From: Monocercomonoides exilis PA203 | Taxonomy: Eukaryota; Protista; Preaxostyla | NCBI GenBank assembly: GCA_001643675.2 | Contig: LSRY02000025.1 | Coordinates: 558,001-622,000 of the forward strand | Reading direction: 5' to 3' | Length of the DNA stretch: 64,000 nt | Part shown: positions 47,015-59,151 of the stretch, in pieces | How the letters are laid out: each line of letters begins with the position of its first letter | Position numbering within the stretch: position 1 is the first letter of the stretch | Notes under the pieces: generated by a model | The model's database searches: none | The model's input: the letters and a program-made list of their open reading frames with translations, nothing else | Told to the model about the DNA's origin: nothing | Position numbers and translations under genes: made by a program

Positions 47015-48377
47015 GGCAATTATCACCTTTTGTGGACCTAATTTTTTTTAAATGAAGTGCATTATAAATTATTAAAAAGTGTCAAAAAGTGATATTTTAG
47101 GTGAATTTAAGTGCGGAAATGTGTTTAAAAATAAAAAAATAATGGAAATTTTTTCGAATTTATGGGATGTGATCATTATTTCTTCTGTTTGATCGAAACT
47201 TCAAATGAATCGAAAAGAAGTTCATAAGCTATTTAAGACATTTCTGAATAAAATAAAGCTCAGCAATGGATGTTTGGAACCGTTCTGAAAGGAAAAGTCC
47301 CTATATGCAGCAGATACAAAATTCCAATGCATTTAATCAGAAAGAATACTGTGAAGAAGTATTGGAGATGCAAAAAATGAAGTGTGAAATGTTCATTATT
47401 TCATGGAAGTCAGTTTAACAAAATGTTCATCAAAATTGGAAAAGTACTGATGATTATTCTCTTTTTTTAAATTGGAATGACCATCAAACATGGAAGTTTT
47501 TTGCTTAATATTCACAGGCACTCAGTAGGTTTTGTTACAGTGCATGCAGATACACTTGCACACAGCACCTAATAAACAAGCCTATACAACTTGGAGGTGA
47601 AGGCAATACAGCAGAAATAGATGAATGTTTATTACGTCGAAGAAAATATCGAAGAGAAAGGTTCAAGAGGCAACAATGGATTTTTGGAGCAATTGAAAGA
47701 AGAGAGAGTCAGCAAGTGGGGAAAAAATGCTATGGATCGTCAAAGATCGTTCAAGAAACTCTTTGTTGCCAATTATTAAACAGCACATATTGCCTGGAAC
47801 TACTGTAATGAGTGATTCTTGGAGAGCATATGCAATATTATCAAAAGAAGGCCATATTCAAAAAATTGTGGTGCACGATCGACATAATGTGGATCCTGCA
47901 ACTGGAGCATGCACAAACACTGTTGAAGGGATGTAGCTTTATTTCAGAGAGTTTCAACCAGTTTCTGGAATGAGTGATGCATTTATTCAAGACAACATTT
48001 CTTCATTCATTGTCAAAAATTGCTTCAATTTGACCTTTTCTGAATTTATTGAGTTGGTTTACAAAAAACATAAAGAAATTGATGAAGACGATGATAATGA
48101 AGAGAATAACGAGGGACCAAATTAGCCAGATATTGATGACATAATTGGGAACAACTCTGAAAATTACTCTCTTTCGTGTTTTGATGAATTTGGAGCAGGA
48201 GATGGTGCATCAGCTTCAGAATACACAGAATATATGTTTAAATATTTTTTTTATTTTTTTGATTTTTTGCAACTTTCCGCACTCATTAAAAAGTTTTAAT
48301 AACATCCTAATTGCTTATTTTTAGTTATCATTCATAATACGCAAATAATAGTAGGTCCACCAAAGGTGACATCTCCC
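47015..48377 (+). mobile_element. Merlin (IS1595/ISXO2-like) DNA transposon with pseudogenised transposase
   Basis: ~26-bp TIRs start with GG (GGCAATTATCACCTTTTGTGGACCTA vs GGGAGATGTCACCTTTGGTGGACCTA). The 8-bp TSD is AATCGATG/AATTGATG. Transposase motifs LGGEGNTAEIDE..RRKY..QQWIFGAIER, LLPIIKQHILPGTTVMSDSWRAY and DPATGACTNTVEGM* are broken by frameshifts and stops. Confidence 0.92.
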
Positions 48378-49049
48378 AATTGATGAATTGTGTATAGTTT
48401 TTTTTTATTCAAATAAACGCAATTTATTAGAATAAACAAAGTTCATTAACGATAGACAGAGTTCATCTAAGTCACGAAAATTAAGAAAAAAAAAATTTCT
48501 AATGAATATTAAATCGATTGCAAAAGCATACATATATAATTAGTGAATTGCTAATGTTGTTTTAAAAATGATTTCTGTTGTTTTCCTCAAATTCTTTCAA
48601 AGATCAAAAGGATCAAAAAATCAGAAAAACTGTAAAATTTCTTTTTCCCAAAATGTGATTCAAAACACATCAGCATTATATTCGTTGATTATTGAACTTC
48701 TTATTATGTTATCCACATGTTTTTTCATATGTTTAATATTAATAAAAAGTAGTATTTAGTGGATTTTGATATGAATGACGTTTTATTATTTAGATTCAAT
48801 AAAGTTTATTGATATTATGTTGAATGACAAATTGGATTGTATCAATATACACACAAACAACTAGCTTTTGCACTAAGATTGGCTCGATGACATTCAAAGA
48901 CTGGGAAAAAAAGACTGCCAATTTTTGAAATTGATATTTCTTTTTGAAAAAGATAAAAAACAAATAAATGAGTCTTCATTATTTCATTTAATAATGAACA
49001 AAGTTCAATCATCTTTCTCTTGCTATTTTTCTGCACTTCTCGTGCAGAC

Positions 49050-51990
49050 ATTCCTTATTGCATAATTTCCAACCCTGCCTGGTGCGTGCGGAATATCATT
49101 CTGCTCTATTCAATCCATCAAAGCTGAAAGTCACATTCTGATGGAATCACATGGAAGCAGCGTTGACTTTTCGAATGAATCTATGGGTGACATGGAACTG
49201 AAGTGCAAAAGCATTGTGACACTATTTGCGCAGGTTGAATTGTGAGGAGAGACAGATATTTGGTGAAGGTGACAGTTCAACAGTTCAGCTGTAACGCTTC
49301 AATGCCTTTTTCACTTCACAAAAATGCTCTCTCTGAGTCGTCCGTTATCAGCTGCTATGGTAGCGATCCTTCCTGAGTGTCTGTGCATAACATGTCGATC
49401 AAGAGCAGCTGAAGAAGCCAGAGCGAGAGCTGTGGAGGAAAGATCATGAAATTGTGCAAAGAAGGGTTTTTCGAGTGCAGTTTTTCGGCTGTCTCAGAGT
49501 GTTTCTGCTCAGAAAGTGGAAGAGGAGGCACAATATTCCTGGATTGCTTATCAATCGCAAGAGATGGTCATTTGCCGTTCCTCTTGGAAAATACAACTTT
49601 CATGAACAACAAGGCGCTCACAGGACGAGACCTGTATGTAAGATGCGCAAGTATCAAATCTCAAATAAGCATTGAGCTCTTCCAGCTTGACTTCAGACCT
49701 CCGTTTGTTCGAGAGTTTGCAATGTGGGGATGCACAGCACAGAATTATTATGATGAGGAAGATTTGTTTTGAACTGATTGATGCGCATCAGAGCGAGACA
49801 ATATTTGCGTCTTCTTCAGATGACAACGCCCCTGATTCGCGCAAGTGTGGGGAAATGAGCGAGCCTTGTATTTCGTTGAATACTGCACTTCTCCACATCA
49901 TTCCCTCTGCTTGCAGCAATTTACTGGTTGACAAAAACGCACTGGTGTCTGGAAAAACATGTGCACGCGACGTGACGATCAAATCGCTGGAGCAGGAAAG
50001 CGACAAAGGGGTGCTCCACCTGAACTGCTCCATTAAGAGCAATACAGACAGTCTTGTTACGTGCTCGTCAAGAGTGAAAATTGAATTTCTAACATTTTTT
50101 TTTGGAAGCGCTTTTTCTTCTTCTCATTCAAGTCTGTTATCGCTGACTGATGGCAACTTGTTGATTGCAGACACAATATTTGCTCAAGAAGATTGGAGTG
50201 GAAACACCGAATACAAATTGAATTGCTCTATCATTCTCCACGAGAATGGCAGACTGTCGATCAACAGATGTTCTTATTCTTTCCTTAGTCTCAGTTCTTC
50301 ATGCCTGGCGGCAAGTCGTGGGGAATATTTCTCGTGTGCATTTCTGAATTTCACAGATGTTATTTCTGGAGTGCTGATGGATTTCCACGATCTGGCAAAG
50401 CTGTCCATGCAACAGGTGCATGCATCCAATTGCAGCGCTCATCGATCAGGCCTCATTCTTCGCAACTGCAAAGACTGCCAGCTCCAGAACATTCAGATGA
50501 AAGGCACTTAGAGTGGATCAAACATTATTGTGTTTTCTTCAGATGGTCCGGGAGGACATTCAAACATCCAGGGCAATTATTTGTAATTCGATGATGCTCG
50601 CGTTTCAAGTGAATCGTTGGTTTCTGTTTAATGCCAGGATTCAGATGTTGAGATGAATTTCTTGGCTGTTTCAAACACAGTGCTTGGGGATGCGTGTGCA
50701 GTGGGCGTGACATCGAATGCTTCGGCATTCCATTTGAAGCAGTCATCATATAAAAATATAACCTGAGATTCACTTGGCTCGTGCTACTTGGCTGCTTCGT
50801 CTTTGTCTTTGTTGCATGAATTGGAGAACAAATCGAACAAAAAGTGTGCTTCACCATCAGATAAGGTACAATTGCATCGTTGGCAGATTTGATTGTAGCT
50901 TTCGTGTCTTCATGAGTGTTTGATGGAGGAGCAATCGCGTGAAAGTTTGGAATAAACAACGAGCCATAAGGAGAGCTGTGCCAGCGGAGCGAATCGATGG
51001 TAAATCTTCAGAAAAGCTCAGGAAAATAAATGTACTCTCGTATTGCCAACTTTGGAAATGAGGGCTGTCAGTGTTTTTCAGAAGCATCTTTGTGCAATTT
51101 GGACTATTTGTCAATAACAGCCCATATCCAGCAGGCAATCCATCCATGAGGAACAACAATGCCTGCTTTGGTCATAAGCCGCTGAACATTCAATTCCTGA
51201 AAGGCAGAGATGGCTTTCTTCAGAAGACTTTAATATGGATTTCAAGCAGTGAATGCTCACTGGAAAGATTGGCTTCATAAAGACTTTTTCCATTCTTCAT
51301 CCTTCAACTGGCTTAACCGAAATCTTGCCATCAAGGAAGCACACTTACAGTTGATCTTGTTGGTTCCTTGCTTCTGTTCTGTAATTTGACACTTCATGTT
51401 GATTTCTTCAAAGGCTCGGTTCACAATCTCTGGGTGTATTCTCTGTAAGAGGAAGAGTTTGTGGGCGAAATAGAGATTCACACAACTATTCCAGCATCAA
51501 TAGCAACAACAGCTTCAAAAGAAAGGAAGTGTCTGTTTGAGAGTGTTGGCTTGCCTTTTTCAACAAAACCATTTATTCTGAATAACAAAAGCGAGATTGA
51601 GCCAAAAGAAGATCAAAGGATTATTAAAGAAGGAAAGGTTGGAAAATCATTGAGGGCATTGGATGTGATAGTTAAATCCGTTGTGGTTTCATTGATTGTG
51701 CTTGCTGCGTCGATCGCAGTGACTACTCGAAGGAGATGTGTAAAAAGAAGAAGCTGGAAAATACAAGGAGAAAGATGACGACGCAATAACTAAAATCCGA
51801 AGTCATTTGAATGGCAACAACGGAGAAATCTCCAGAGGAACAGTGGAGGAGAGCAAAGAATAATGCAGAAGTGGAATATTGAGAGGCTTTGTGAAAAAAA
51901 TTGACAAATGAAAATGAAATACATTTATTCCATGGAGAAAGTTGAGGAAGAGAAGGCTTCATCATTTAGTTGAATCATCAGTGTGCTTCA
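49050..51990 (+). pseudogene. Decayed paralogue of the C-terminal half of the 2997-aa receptor-like protein
   Basis: Collinear motifs GRGGTIFL..LPFLLEN..NKALTGRDLYVRC..PFVREFAMWGCTA, KCGEMSEPCISLN..HIIPS, FVNNSP..PSMRNN, STKPFILNNKSE, a TM remnant and SPEEQWRRA, with many frameshifts and stops. Confidence 0.88.
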
Positions 51991-52679
51991 GAGATATCGG
52001 ATTTGTTGGAGATGGACTGCTCCACGAACATCGATTGCAGCAAAAGTTTGATAAATATTTTTATTACATAGTGAACACATTTACTGTATATTAAAGAAAA
52101 ACAAGATAGAATGATGACGAACAAAATGATATTATCATTCATTTCGCACTGTTTCTGTTTAATAGAATCTTCTTTTAAACAAATATCAAATTTTGTTTGA
52201 GAATAAAAAAAATCTCAAATTTTATTTGAGAATAAAAAAAATCTCAATTGAATAGATTTTTTCTATTTTTTTTATTGATAAAGAAATTGATAAAATGAAA
52301 AATTTTTTTCATAACAGTTCATAACTACTTCAAAAATCCTATATTTTAGTGAATCATACTTTATTCAAATATAACTTAATTAATTTAAATAACATGACTT
52401 TATTTAAGAAAAGCCCACAATATTTGAAAAAACGAGTTCTTTTGAATTGAAAAATACTATTAGAAATCCTTCTAATGGATTACTCATCACATACAGCAAA
52501 GTTCAACTAAGAATGTTTTCGATATAATTGTGGATTATCATAATTGATCTCATTTCATTCCATAAAAAGTCATTTTCTCTGTTGATCTTTCAATTGATAG
52601 TTAATGATGAGTTCAATATAATTATTCCTTCATTATTCACAATAAAGGTTACAAGATCAATAATTGTTAAACACTTTGT

Positions 52680-55600
52680 ATGGCGCGTCTAGGCAGATAT
52701 ATCGAACATATATTGGCTGCAGCATTGCTTATTTTTTGTGCGAGTTCTGCATTTGCACCAGAGGCAGAGAAGGGCAGCGTGCTGCTGCCACCGACAAATG
52801 GGCTTTTCAACTCTTGTATTTTCGGGCTGAAGAACAGCACGCTCGAGCTGAAAGGAATGGTGACGATGGCGGGGAAAGAAGGCGTTGTTCTGCAGGGAGA
52901 CGCGGAAAGCAAGAGTATTTTGAGGAATGTGGCGATTTTTGTTGATTGGAGAAAAGAAGGGGCGCTTTTTAGCTCGGAGGGATGTGTCCGCGCGAGCAAC
53001 ATGAGCATTGCGCCTGCACTGGAAACAGCAAGCTTGCATTGCAGCGTGTGCAGAATGGGCGAATTGGGAACGTTTGCGCTTTCTGAGAGTTCAGCTGAAT
53101 CTGTGGCTGTTTCGACGAGTTCGTTCATCCTGTCTGGAGCAGCGAAGTCACTGAGCGTTTGCAGATGCACGTTCTTCAATTTTTCGGTTAAAAATGAAGG
53201 AAGCGATGGAAAAGAAGAGCATTGTTGTTTTTGCCAAGAAACATCAATGAGTGGATGCCAGTTGGAGAGAGTGGACGATCCAGTTGATGGAAGTGTGGTG
53301 CCTCATTTTGGCGCTCCGTGCACAGGGCTGTTTGTGGCTGACAATAACACATTTCTGAACTGTCAGCGGGGGATGCTGAAACGCAGACTGAATAAGCAAT
53401 TTACTGACGAAACATTCACTAAAAGACAGGTTGCGCCAGATGGCGAAACTGAAGTAATATTTGTGAATTGCAAGTGGGAGCGATGCACTTCTGGCAGCAA
53501 TGTGTATGGTGGGGGTTTATTTTGTGAATCAAATACAGTTGCATTGCAATTGAAGGAATGCTGTTTTAATGAATGTCAGTCTGACAAATCTGGAGGCGCT
53601 GTTGCTGTTTTGAAAGTGAAATCGATTTTAGTCCTATCTAGTGATTTTTTTAATTGTTCGTGTAATCAATATGGTGGAGGTATTAGAGTTGCTAGGATTA
53701 CAAATTGTCTAAAGTTTTCTGAGTGTAATTTCGAAGAATGCAGTAGCAATTTTGTTGGAGGTGGAATTTATTTGGATAACGAAGGAAGTGAATGCGATCC
53801 AGCCAAATATCCAGCATATTCTTCACTTCTTGCATCCACCAATTCGCTGATGACAAATGTTGTCAATGACAAATGTCAGTATCAGATTTTTCATTGCTCA
53901 TTTTCAAAATGCACTGCAACTAATTTTGGAGGTGGTGTATTTATTATTCGGCAAAGCAGAATTTTAACAACCGAAATGATGTTTCTTCATTGTAATACCT
54001 TGCAAAAACAAGGAGGAGGACTTGATTTCGAATCTCAAAAGAAAGCAGAAGCAATTACACATGAAATGAAATATGCGTTATTTGATTATTGTTCCGCAGG
54101 AAGCGGAATAGGCCATGATGTCAAAATACTTGATACTTACCGTTTGGTGGATGAGATGTTTTTTGAATGCCGAAGCCGAAGCAACACTCCAGATGGAAAT
54201 CGTGTATGCTATACATTTAACTCCGTTGATGAAGTGAAAAATGAATGGATACCTCTTTGCAGCTCCGACATAGCATTTCGTATTACAGCCAGTGGTTCGG
54301 ATGAGATTGGTTGCGAAAAGAGCCCGATTGGCTGCCAATCAATTAAGTATATTTTGGATCAAAAGGCCAGCGAAAATACGATTTCCATAAATGTTATTGG
54401 CTCATCTTTAATTGTTGGAAAGGAGTCAAACACGGGAATTATTGTTGATGCGAAAACTATTTTGATAAGTGGAAAGCTGGATACACTTATTGGAACCACA
54501 TATGTTATTCCGGGGATGGCGCTTGATGTGTATTTTTTCAACGTTTTGACAGGAAAATTGGAGCTCTCTTTGTTTGATGTAAGTGTTCCCAGTGCTACAT
54601 GTTCGATGGTGTTGGTCAGCGGATCAGGAGAGCTTGTCGTGGAAAGCCAGAACATCAAAGGGGTTGCAGGAATAAAATACACAAACCCACTGATTCAAGC
54701 AACAAATGGAAAAGTTTCAATGGAAATGGTCAGAATCAGCGAGATGCTGTCAGTCAATACTCACACTCCTCTTATGAAGTTGTCGAACACAAAAATCTCT
54801 ATGATGTTGTGCGACATCGAGACAGGAGGAGGAGGAGTCTTCACAGATGAGTATGAAGGGAAAGAGGAGGAATTTGCATGCAGATATGCGACAGGCTCAA
54901 TTGCCGTGACGAGGGGTGCAGTAACGATTGAGAAGTGCAAAATCAAATCGAACTCATGGGGAGGACTGAGTGTGGACAATGCAGATGTGATAATAATTGA
55001 CTCAGATATAACTGAAAATGCACTGACTTATAAGTCGATGAAAGGAGAAAGGAATCTTGTGTGTCATGGAGGAGGGATAATTCGACTGAAAGCAAGCAAG
55101 CAAGAATATCTTGACAAAGTTCAGTACTGGATTAATGATGGATGTGCGTTAACAGATAACTTGACTCAAATTGATTCTACGTTTATTCGGCCAGTCATTG
55201 TCGAAGCGAAAGTGAAGGAGACATCAACAGAAGCAAAATTGGATTTGACGATCAGTGGAAGAAATTTGCTGTCATGTGGAGTGAAGGTTCAAGGGAAAAG
55301 AGGAAGCGATGCAGATGATGTTTATCAATTCCCGAGTGTAATGTCTTTCAATGGAATGGAGAGCATTGAAGCCACTTTCAACTTGCCAGCAGGTGATTTG
55401 AAGTCTGTTTCAAGTTCTGGTTCAAGTGAACCAGATGGATCAAAGGCGAAAAATGTATCAAATGCAAAGAAAGAATTTTTTATTCGACTGCAATATTTGA
55501 AAGAGCCCAATCTTTCAGGAGCTTCGGTGTGGGACTCGGCAAAGGTTGCTTTCACCAGCATCGTTATTGTTTTGATTGATGTGGACGATCCAATTCCACA

Positions 55601-55844
55601 GCCTGATCCAACGCCTTCTGAACCAAGACGGACAAATGAAGGAGCGATCATAGGAGCAGTGCTGGGGAGTGTGCTGGGTGTGTTTGTGATTGTGGCGGCT
55701 GTTGTCAGCGCCTGCTGCTGCTATCACAGAAAAGTGTGCTGTTACGGTGCGAAGAAAGAGAAATATGAAGAAGAGGATGCGAACAAGGGAGAAATAGAAG
55801 AAAGTGGGAAAGAAGTGGAAATGAATGCAATTGGAGAAAATTAG
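52680..55844 (+). CDS. 1054-aa type I membrane protein of the Cys-rich beta-helix family with a short Cys-rich/acidic tail
   Basis: Signal-peptide-like HILAAALLIFCASSAFA and repeated FxxC..GGG(I/V/L) units. A Pro-rich stalk precedes the TM GAIIGAVLGSVLGVFVIVAAVVSA and the tail CCCYHRKVCCY..acidic. Confidence 0.9.
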   Translation: MARLGRYIEHILAAALLIFCASSAFAPEAEKGSVLLPPTNGLFNSCIFGLKNSTLELKGMVTMAGKEGVVLQGDAESKSILRNVAIFVDWRKEGALFSSEGCVRASNMSIAPALETASLHCSVCRMGELGTFALSESSAESVAVSTSSFILSGAAKSLSVCRCTFFNFSVKNEGSDGKEEHCCFCQETSMSGCQLERVDDPVDGSVVPHFGAPCTGLFVADNNTFLNCQRGMLKRRLNKQFTDETFTKRQVAPDGETEVIFVNCKWERCTSGSNVYGGGLFCESNTVALQLKECCFNECQSDKSGGAVAVLKVKSILVLSSDFFNCSCNQYGGGIRVARITNCLKFSECNFEECSSNFVGGGIYLDNEGSECDPAKYPAYSSLLASTNSLMTNVVNDKCQYQIFHCSFSKCTATNFGGGVFIIRQSRILTTEMMFLHCNTLQKQGGGLDFESQKKAEAITHEMKYALFDYCSAGSGIGHDVKILDTYRLVDEMFFECRSRSNTPDGNRVCYTFNSVDEVKNEWIPLCSSDIAFRITASGSDEIGCEKSPIGCQSIKYILDQKASENTISINVIGSSLIVGKESNTGIIVDAKTILISGKLDTLIGTTYVIPGMALDVYFFNVLTGKLELSLFDVSVPSATCSMVLVSGSGELVVESQNIKGVAGIKYTNPLIQATNGKVSMEMVRISEMLSVNTHTPLMKLSNTKISMMLCDIETGGGGVFTDEYEGKEEEFACRYATGSIAVTRGAVTIEKCKIKSNSWGGLSVDNADVIIIDSDITENALTYKSMKGERNLVCHGGGIIRLKASKQEYLDKVQYWINDGCALTDNLTQIDSTFIRPVIVEAKVKETSTEAKLDLTISGRNLLSCGVKVQGKRGSDADDVYQFPSVMSFNGMESIEATFNLPAGDLKSVSSSGSSEPDGSKAKNVSNAKKEFFIRLQYLKEPNLSGASVWDSAKVAFTSIVIVLIDVDDPIPQPDPTPSEPRRTNEGAIIGAVLGSVLGVFVIVAAVVSACCCYHRKVCCYGAKKEKYEEEDANKGEIEESGKEVEMNAIGEN

Positions 55845-56335
55845 AGAGGGAATCCTATGAAAGCATTGGTCGCATGCATTTATATGTATTCCTTTTTTAT
55901 TTAATTTTATTTTGATTATTTTCTTTTGAAGATGGAAAACACTTTTTAATTATGTTTTTAATATGTTTTGCAACTAATGAATAGTTGCCGTTTATGTATA
56001 TAGATATGTTTTTCTGAAATTTATTTGAGTAATTAAAGCGTAATTGGCTGTTCATGTTGTTCTGAACGCTGAATCTGATATTTATTTGTTTGCTATTGAA
56101 CAAATAAATATTTCTTTTCTTTTCTTTTCTTTTTCAAAAAAAATGAAAATATCTTTTGATTGAAGTGTTTTATTTTCAGAATTTTGCTTGGTGTATATTT
56201 TTTTATGTTTTTGATTATTTATAATATTTATGTATTTGCTTCCAAGGTGCTCGAGCCAAGTTTACTCATTTATCGCGAGCAGTTGGATGTTGCTTATTTT
56301 GTCTGAGCTGGAAGTTTTATTCGCTCTTTAAGTTT

Positions 56336-56374
<39 letters not shown>

Positions 56375-57092
56375 GAAGAGGCATTAAGAGCTTGGAGAGT
56401 TATTTTTTCGCTTATTGAAATCACTTCATATCCAGTGGTTTTTTGGTTATGAAGATTTCTATAATACAGCAAAGAATTTTACAGAATAATGTTCACCTCA
56501 TAAAAGTCAGAAAGTGGTTCTGAACGATAAAAGGAGACTCAACTGAAACCTTTGATTTCAATAAAAACTCCATCAATTTTTGATTTTTATATTCAAGTTT
56601 GCTTTTTAACACTTTTTTTTTAGAAATAAATGTTTATTAAAAAATATGAAATACCATAGGTGCCAAACCCTGAATTGGCAAATATTTGTGAAATTTGAAA
56701 TATTTATTACTCATTGTTCATTGAGTCTGCAGAGCTCGCTATCAGGTTATTTGCTATATTTATTTATATGTGAAAATATTTTTCTAATAAATATGGCATA
56801 TATTTTTTTGTTAAGTTCATTTTGTTTTATTTTCCAATTAAATAAAAATTTCATATTTTGATCAAATTTCTATTCCCACTCACGAAACTTCACAAGAACG
56901 TTTGTAACAGCATTATCAAGATATAACAACCATAAAAGTGAAAGTCTCGTGAGTTAAAACAGAAATTTAATCAAAATACTGAATATTTATTGAATTCGAA
57001 AATTTAACAATAGGTATATGGGTGTTTTTTTTTTTGTTTTCATAAAAAAAATCAAGAATTGAAAAAAAATAATATATGGTTGATCGTTTTTG

Positions 57093-57266
57093 AAATCACA
57101 CTTTCGTTCGAGTTTTGATCAAAGTTTCAATCTCAATGGGACAAACAAGAAATAATATTTCCTTTAAAATATCATCACGTGTTTCATGTTATAACTGTTG
57201 AAGTTCATTTTAAAATATCCCATTGAGATAAAAAAATTAATCAAAACTCGAACGAAAGCATGATTT
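57093..57266. mobile_element. 174-bp MITE-like inverted repeat with 49-bp arms
   Basis: 57093-57141 pairs ungapped with 57218-57266 (CTTTCGTTCGAGTTTTGAT and ATCTCAATGGGA blocks). No TSD was identified. Confidence 0.65.
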
Positions 57267-58249
57267 GGTTCGTAATTTTTTGTTTCATAAAAAAAACAAC
57301 GATTTGTTCCAAACTTTTTCTACAACCTTATCTTGATAAGTCTTTCATTCACATTAAAAAAAAAAAAAAAAAAGATTTAAAATTTATTGAAAAACATTTG
57401 AAAGTTAGGAATGGAATAAAATTCATAATGCAAAATATTTCTTCCCATTTAAAAAAGGATCAGCCATATATTGTGGCATTTATTGATCAAAGAGTTTTAT
57501 TGATATTATGAAAGTGTATAGCTTTTATTTCTGTGATGAGTATTTGTTTTATTTATTAATACAAAAAATGCATACCTCTTTTTATGTTTTTAGTTAAAAA
57601 GAATTTTTTGATCAAGTTAAAAAAAATTGAAAAATCTATATTTAAAAGAAGAATAAAAAGTTACAGTATTTGTATTGATACAAATACTGAAAGAACATTA
57701 TTAATAAAGATTGGAGAATATTTCAATGAAGATAAAAAAATTAAAAAATTTAAAGGATTATAAATGTTTGTTTTCTCCAGTTCTTCAGCGAAAATTGTTT
57801 TGTCATATCTATCTTCCAGCTATGAGGCTCAGCAGTTTCTGCAAAAGTTGAACGAAATTGATGAACATCAGATAACTCTTAGAACAACAACCATCTCCAC
57901 CTGTTTGCTTCAATCTTTATTCTTCTTATTTCATTCCCTTCTTGCTTCCTTATCAATCTGCCACTTATATTCCTCCCATTTCCGCTCTTCCTCAACAAAA
58001 TCCTCAATTCGAAAACACCATTAAAATTGAAAACTTCCCTCTCCAATGTTTTCCACTTCATTATTTCTCTATGTCACTCTGTTATTCCAAAACCTTTTAT
58101 TGACATTGATTGCTCTTTCTTCTCTTCTCAATCCAATATCCAACTAAAATCTCTTCTTTCTTCCATTATTCAAAATTTCTCAAAAATTTTGCAATATTCT
58201 CTCTATCTCGTTTCCATTTTCCATACATCTTTAATTGCTCCACCATCCT

Positions 58250-58991
58250 CAATAAGCGCAATATTTTCCTCCTTTCTTCCCTTTCCATTATCAACTGCAC
58301 CAAAAACAGCATCATCTTAGCACAGGTGAACCAAAAAACTGCTACCAATGGCGGATGCATCTCATTCGCCTCATCTGCCTCTGCCAACTCCTTTTCAGTG
58401 AGCAACACCAATTTCTCCACCTGCTCTGTGAGCGAGGATGCAAGTTCTGGAGGAAGAGGCGGTACTCTCATGATCGAGTTCAAGGATGATTCACAAGTGT
58501 CATAATCCTCATTTTCCATCACCAATGTGAAGTTTTCTGCCAATAAGGCCAGTGTCGGAATATTTATGTATTTTGAGTGTGAGTCGCTTGTCGCCTATGT
58601 GAAAGAGCCCTAGTTTGCCTTCATGCTCAGCATCACAAAAAAATATAACTCAGTTGTTGGACATGTTAGAACAGATGCATTTGGCAACTGGAGTGTCGAT
58701 TTGTTTATATTTCTTGATGGGCATACAGCTGACAATGAATATGTGGATAATCATCTTGGCAACAAAGCAATGTATTGCTGGCTATCAAAAATACCCTTCA
58801 AGAGCACACAAAACGCGATGGATCTTCTGAAGAAGGTGCAGAACATAAGGCAGAGATTTTTGAGTGAGCTGATTTGTCTGTGGATTAATGTGTGTGATAA
58901 CCAAATAAAAGAATGGAGATTAGATAAAGTTGAAGAAGAAGAGGAAGCAACAATTGGAGAAAGTGTGGAAGTTCAGATGACGTTGAATTGA
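58250..58991 (+). pseudogene. Decayed fragment of the beta-helix surface-protein family
   Basis: NGGCISF..FSTCSV..GRGGTLMI..*..NVKFSANKASVG..*..VDLFIFL..YCWLSKIPFKS reads in one frame with in-frame stops. Confidence 0.7.
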
Positions 58992-59076
58992 AGCGACGCG
59001 ATTAATCCTCTTCTTTTCAGTCATAGAAAATCATTATAATTTCATTCACCACTTCTCAAATATCTTCTTTTCAATA

Positions 59077-59151
59077 CAGTCTAAACCGGATATAATCACA
59101 TCGATTTTTGCACAACTTTTTGTGACTATATCCGATAGTGATTATATACGA
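59077..59151. mobile_element. pogo/Tigger-like terminal inverted repeat (single end)
   Basis: TA|CAGTCTAAACCGGATATAATCAC followed by two inverted subterminal copies (59122-59134, 59138-59150). No partner end was found in the window. Confidence 0.55.

Noticed and set aside
58250-58991. TAA/TAG read as Gln (as in some oxymonads), which could rescue pseudogenes
   Set aside because: Intact genes here end in TAA or TAG, very long ORFs contain none internally, and other decayed copies also have TGA stops and frameshifts.
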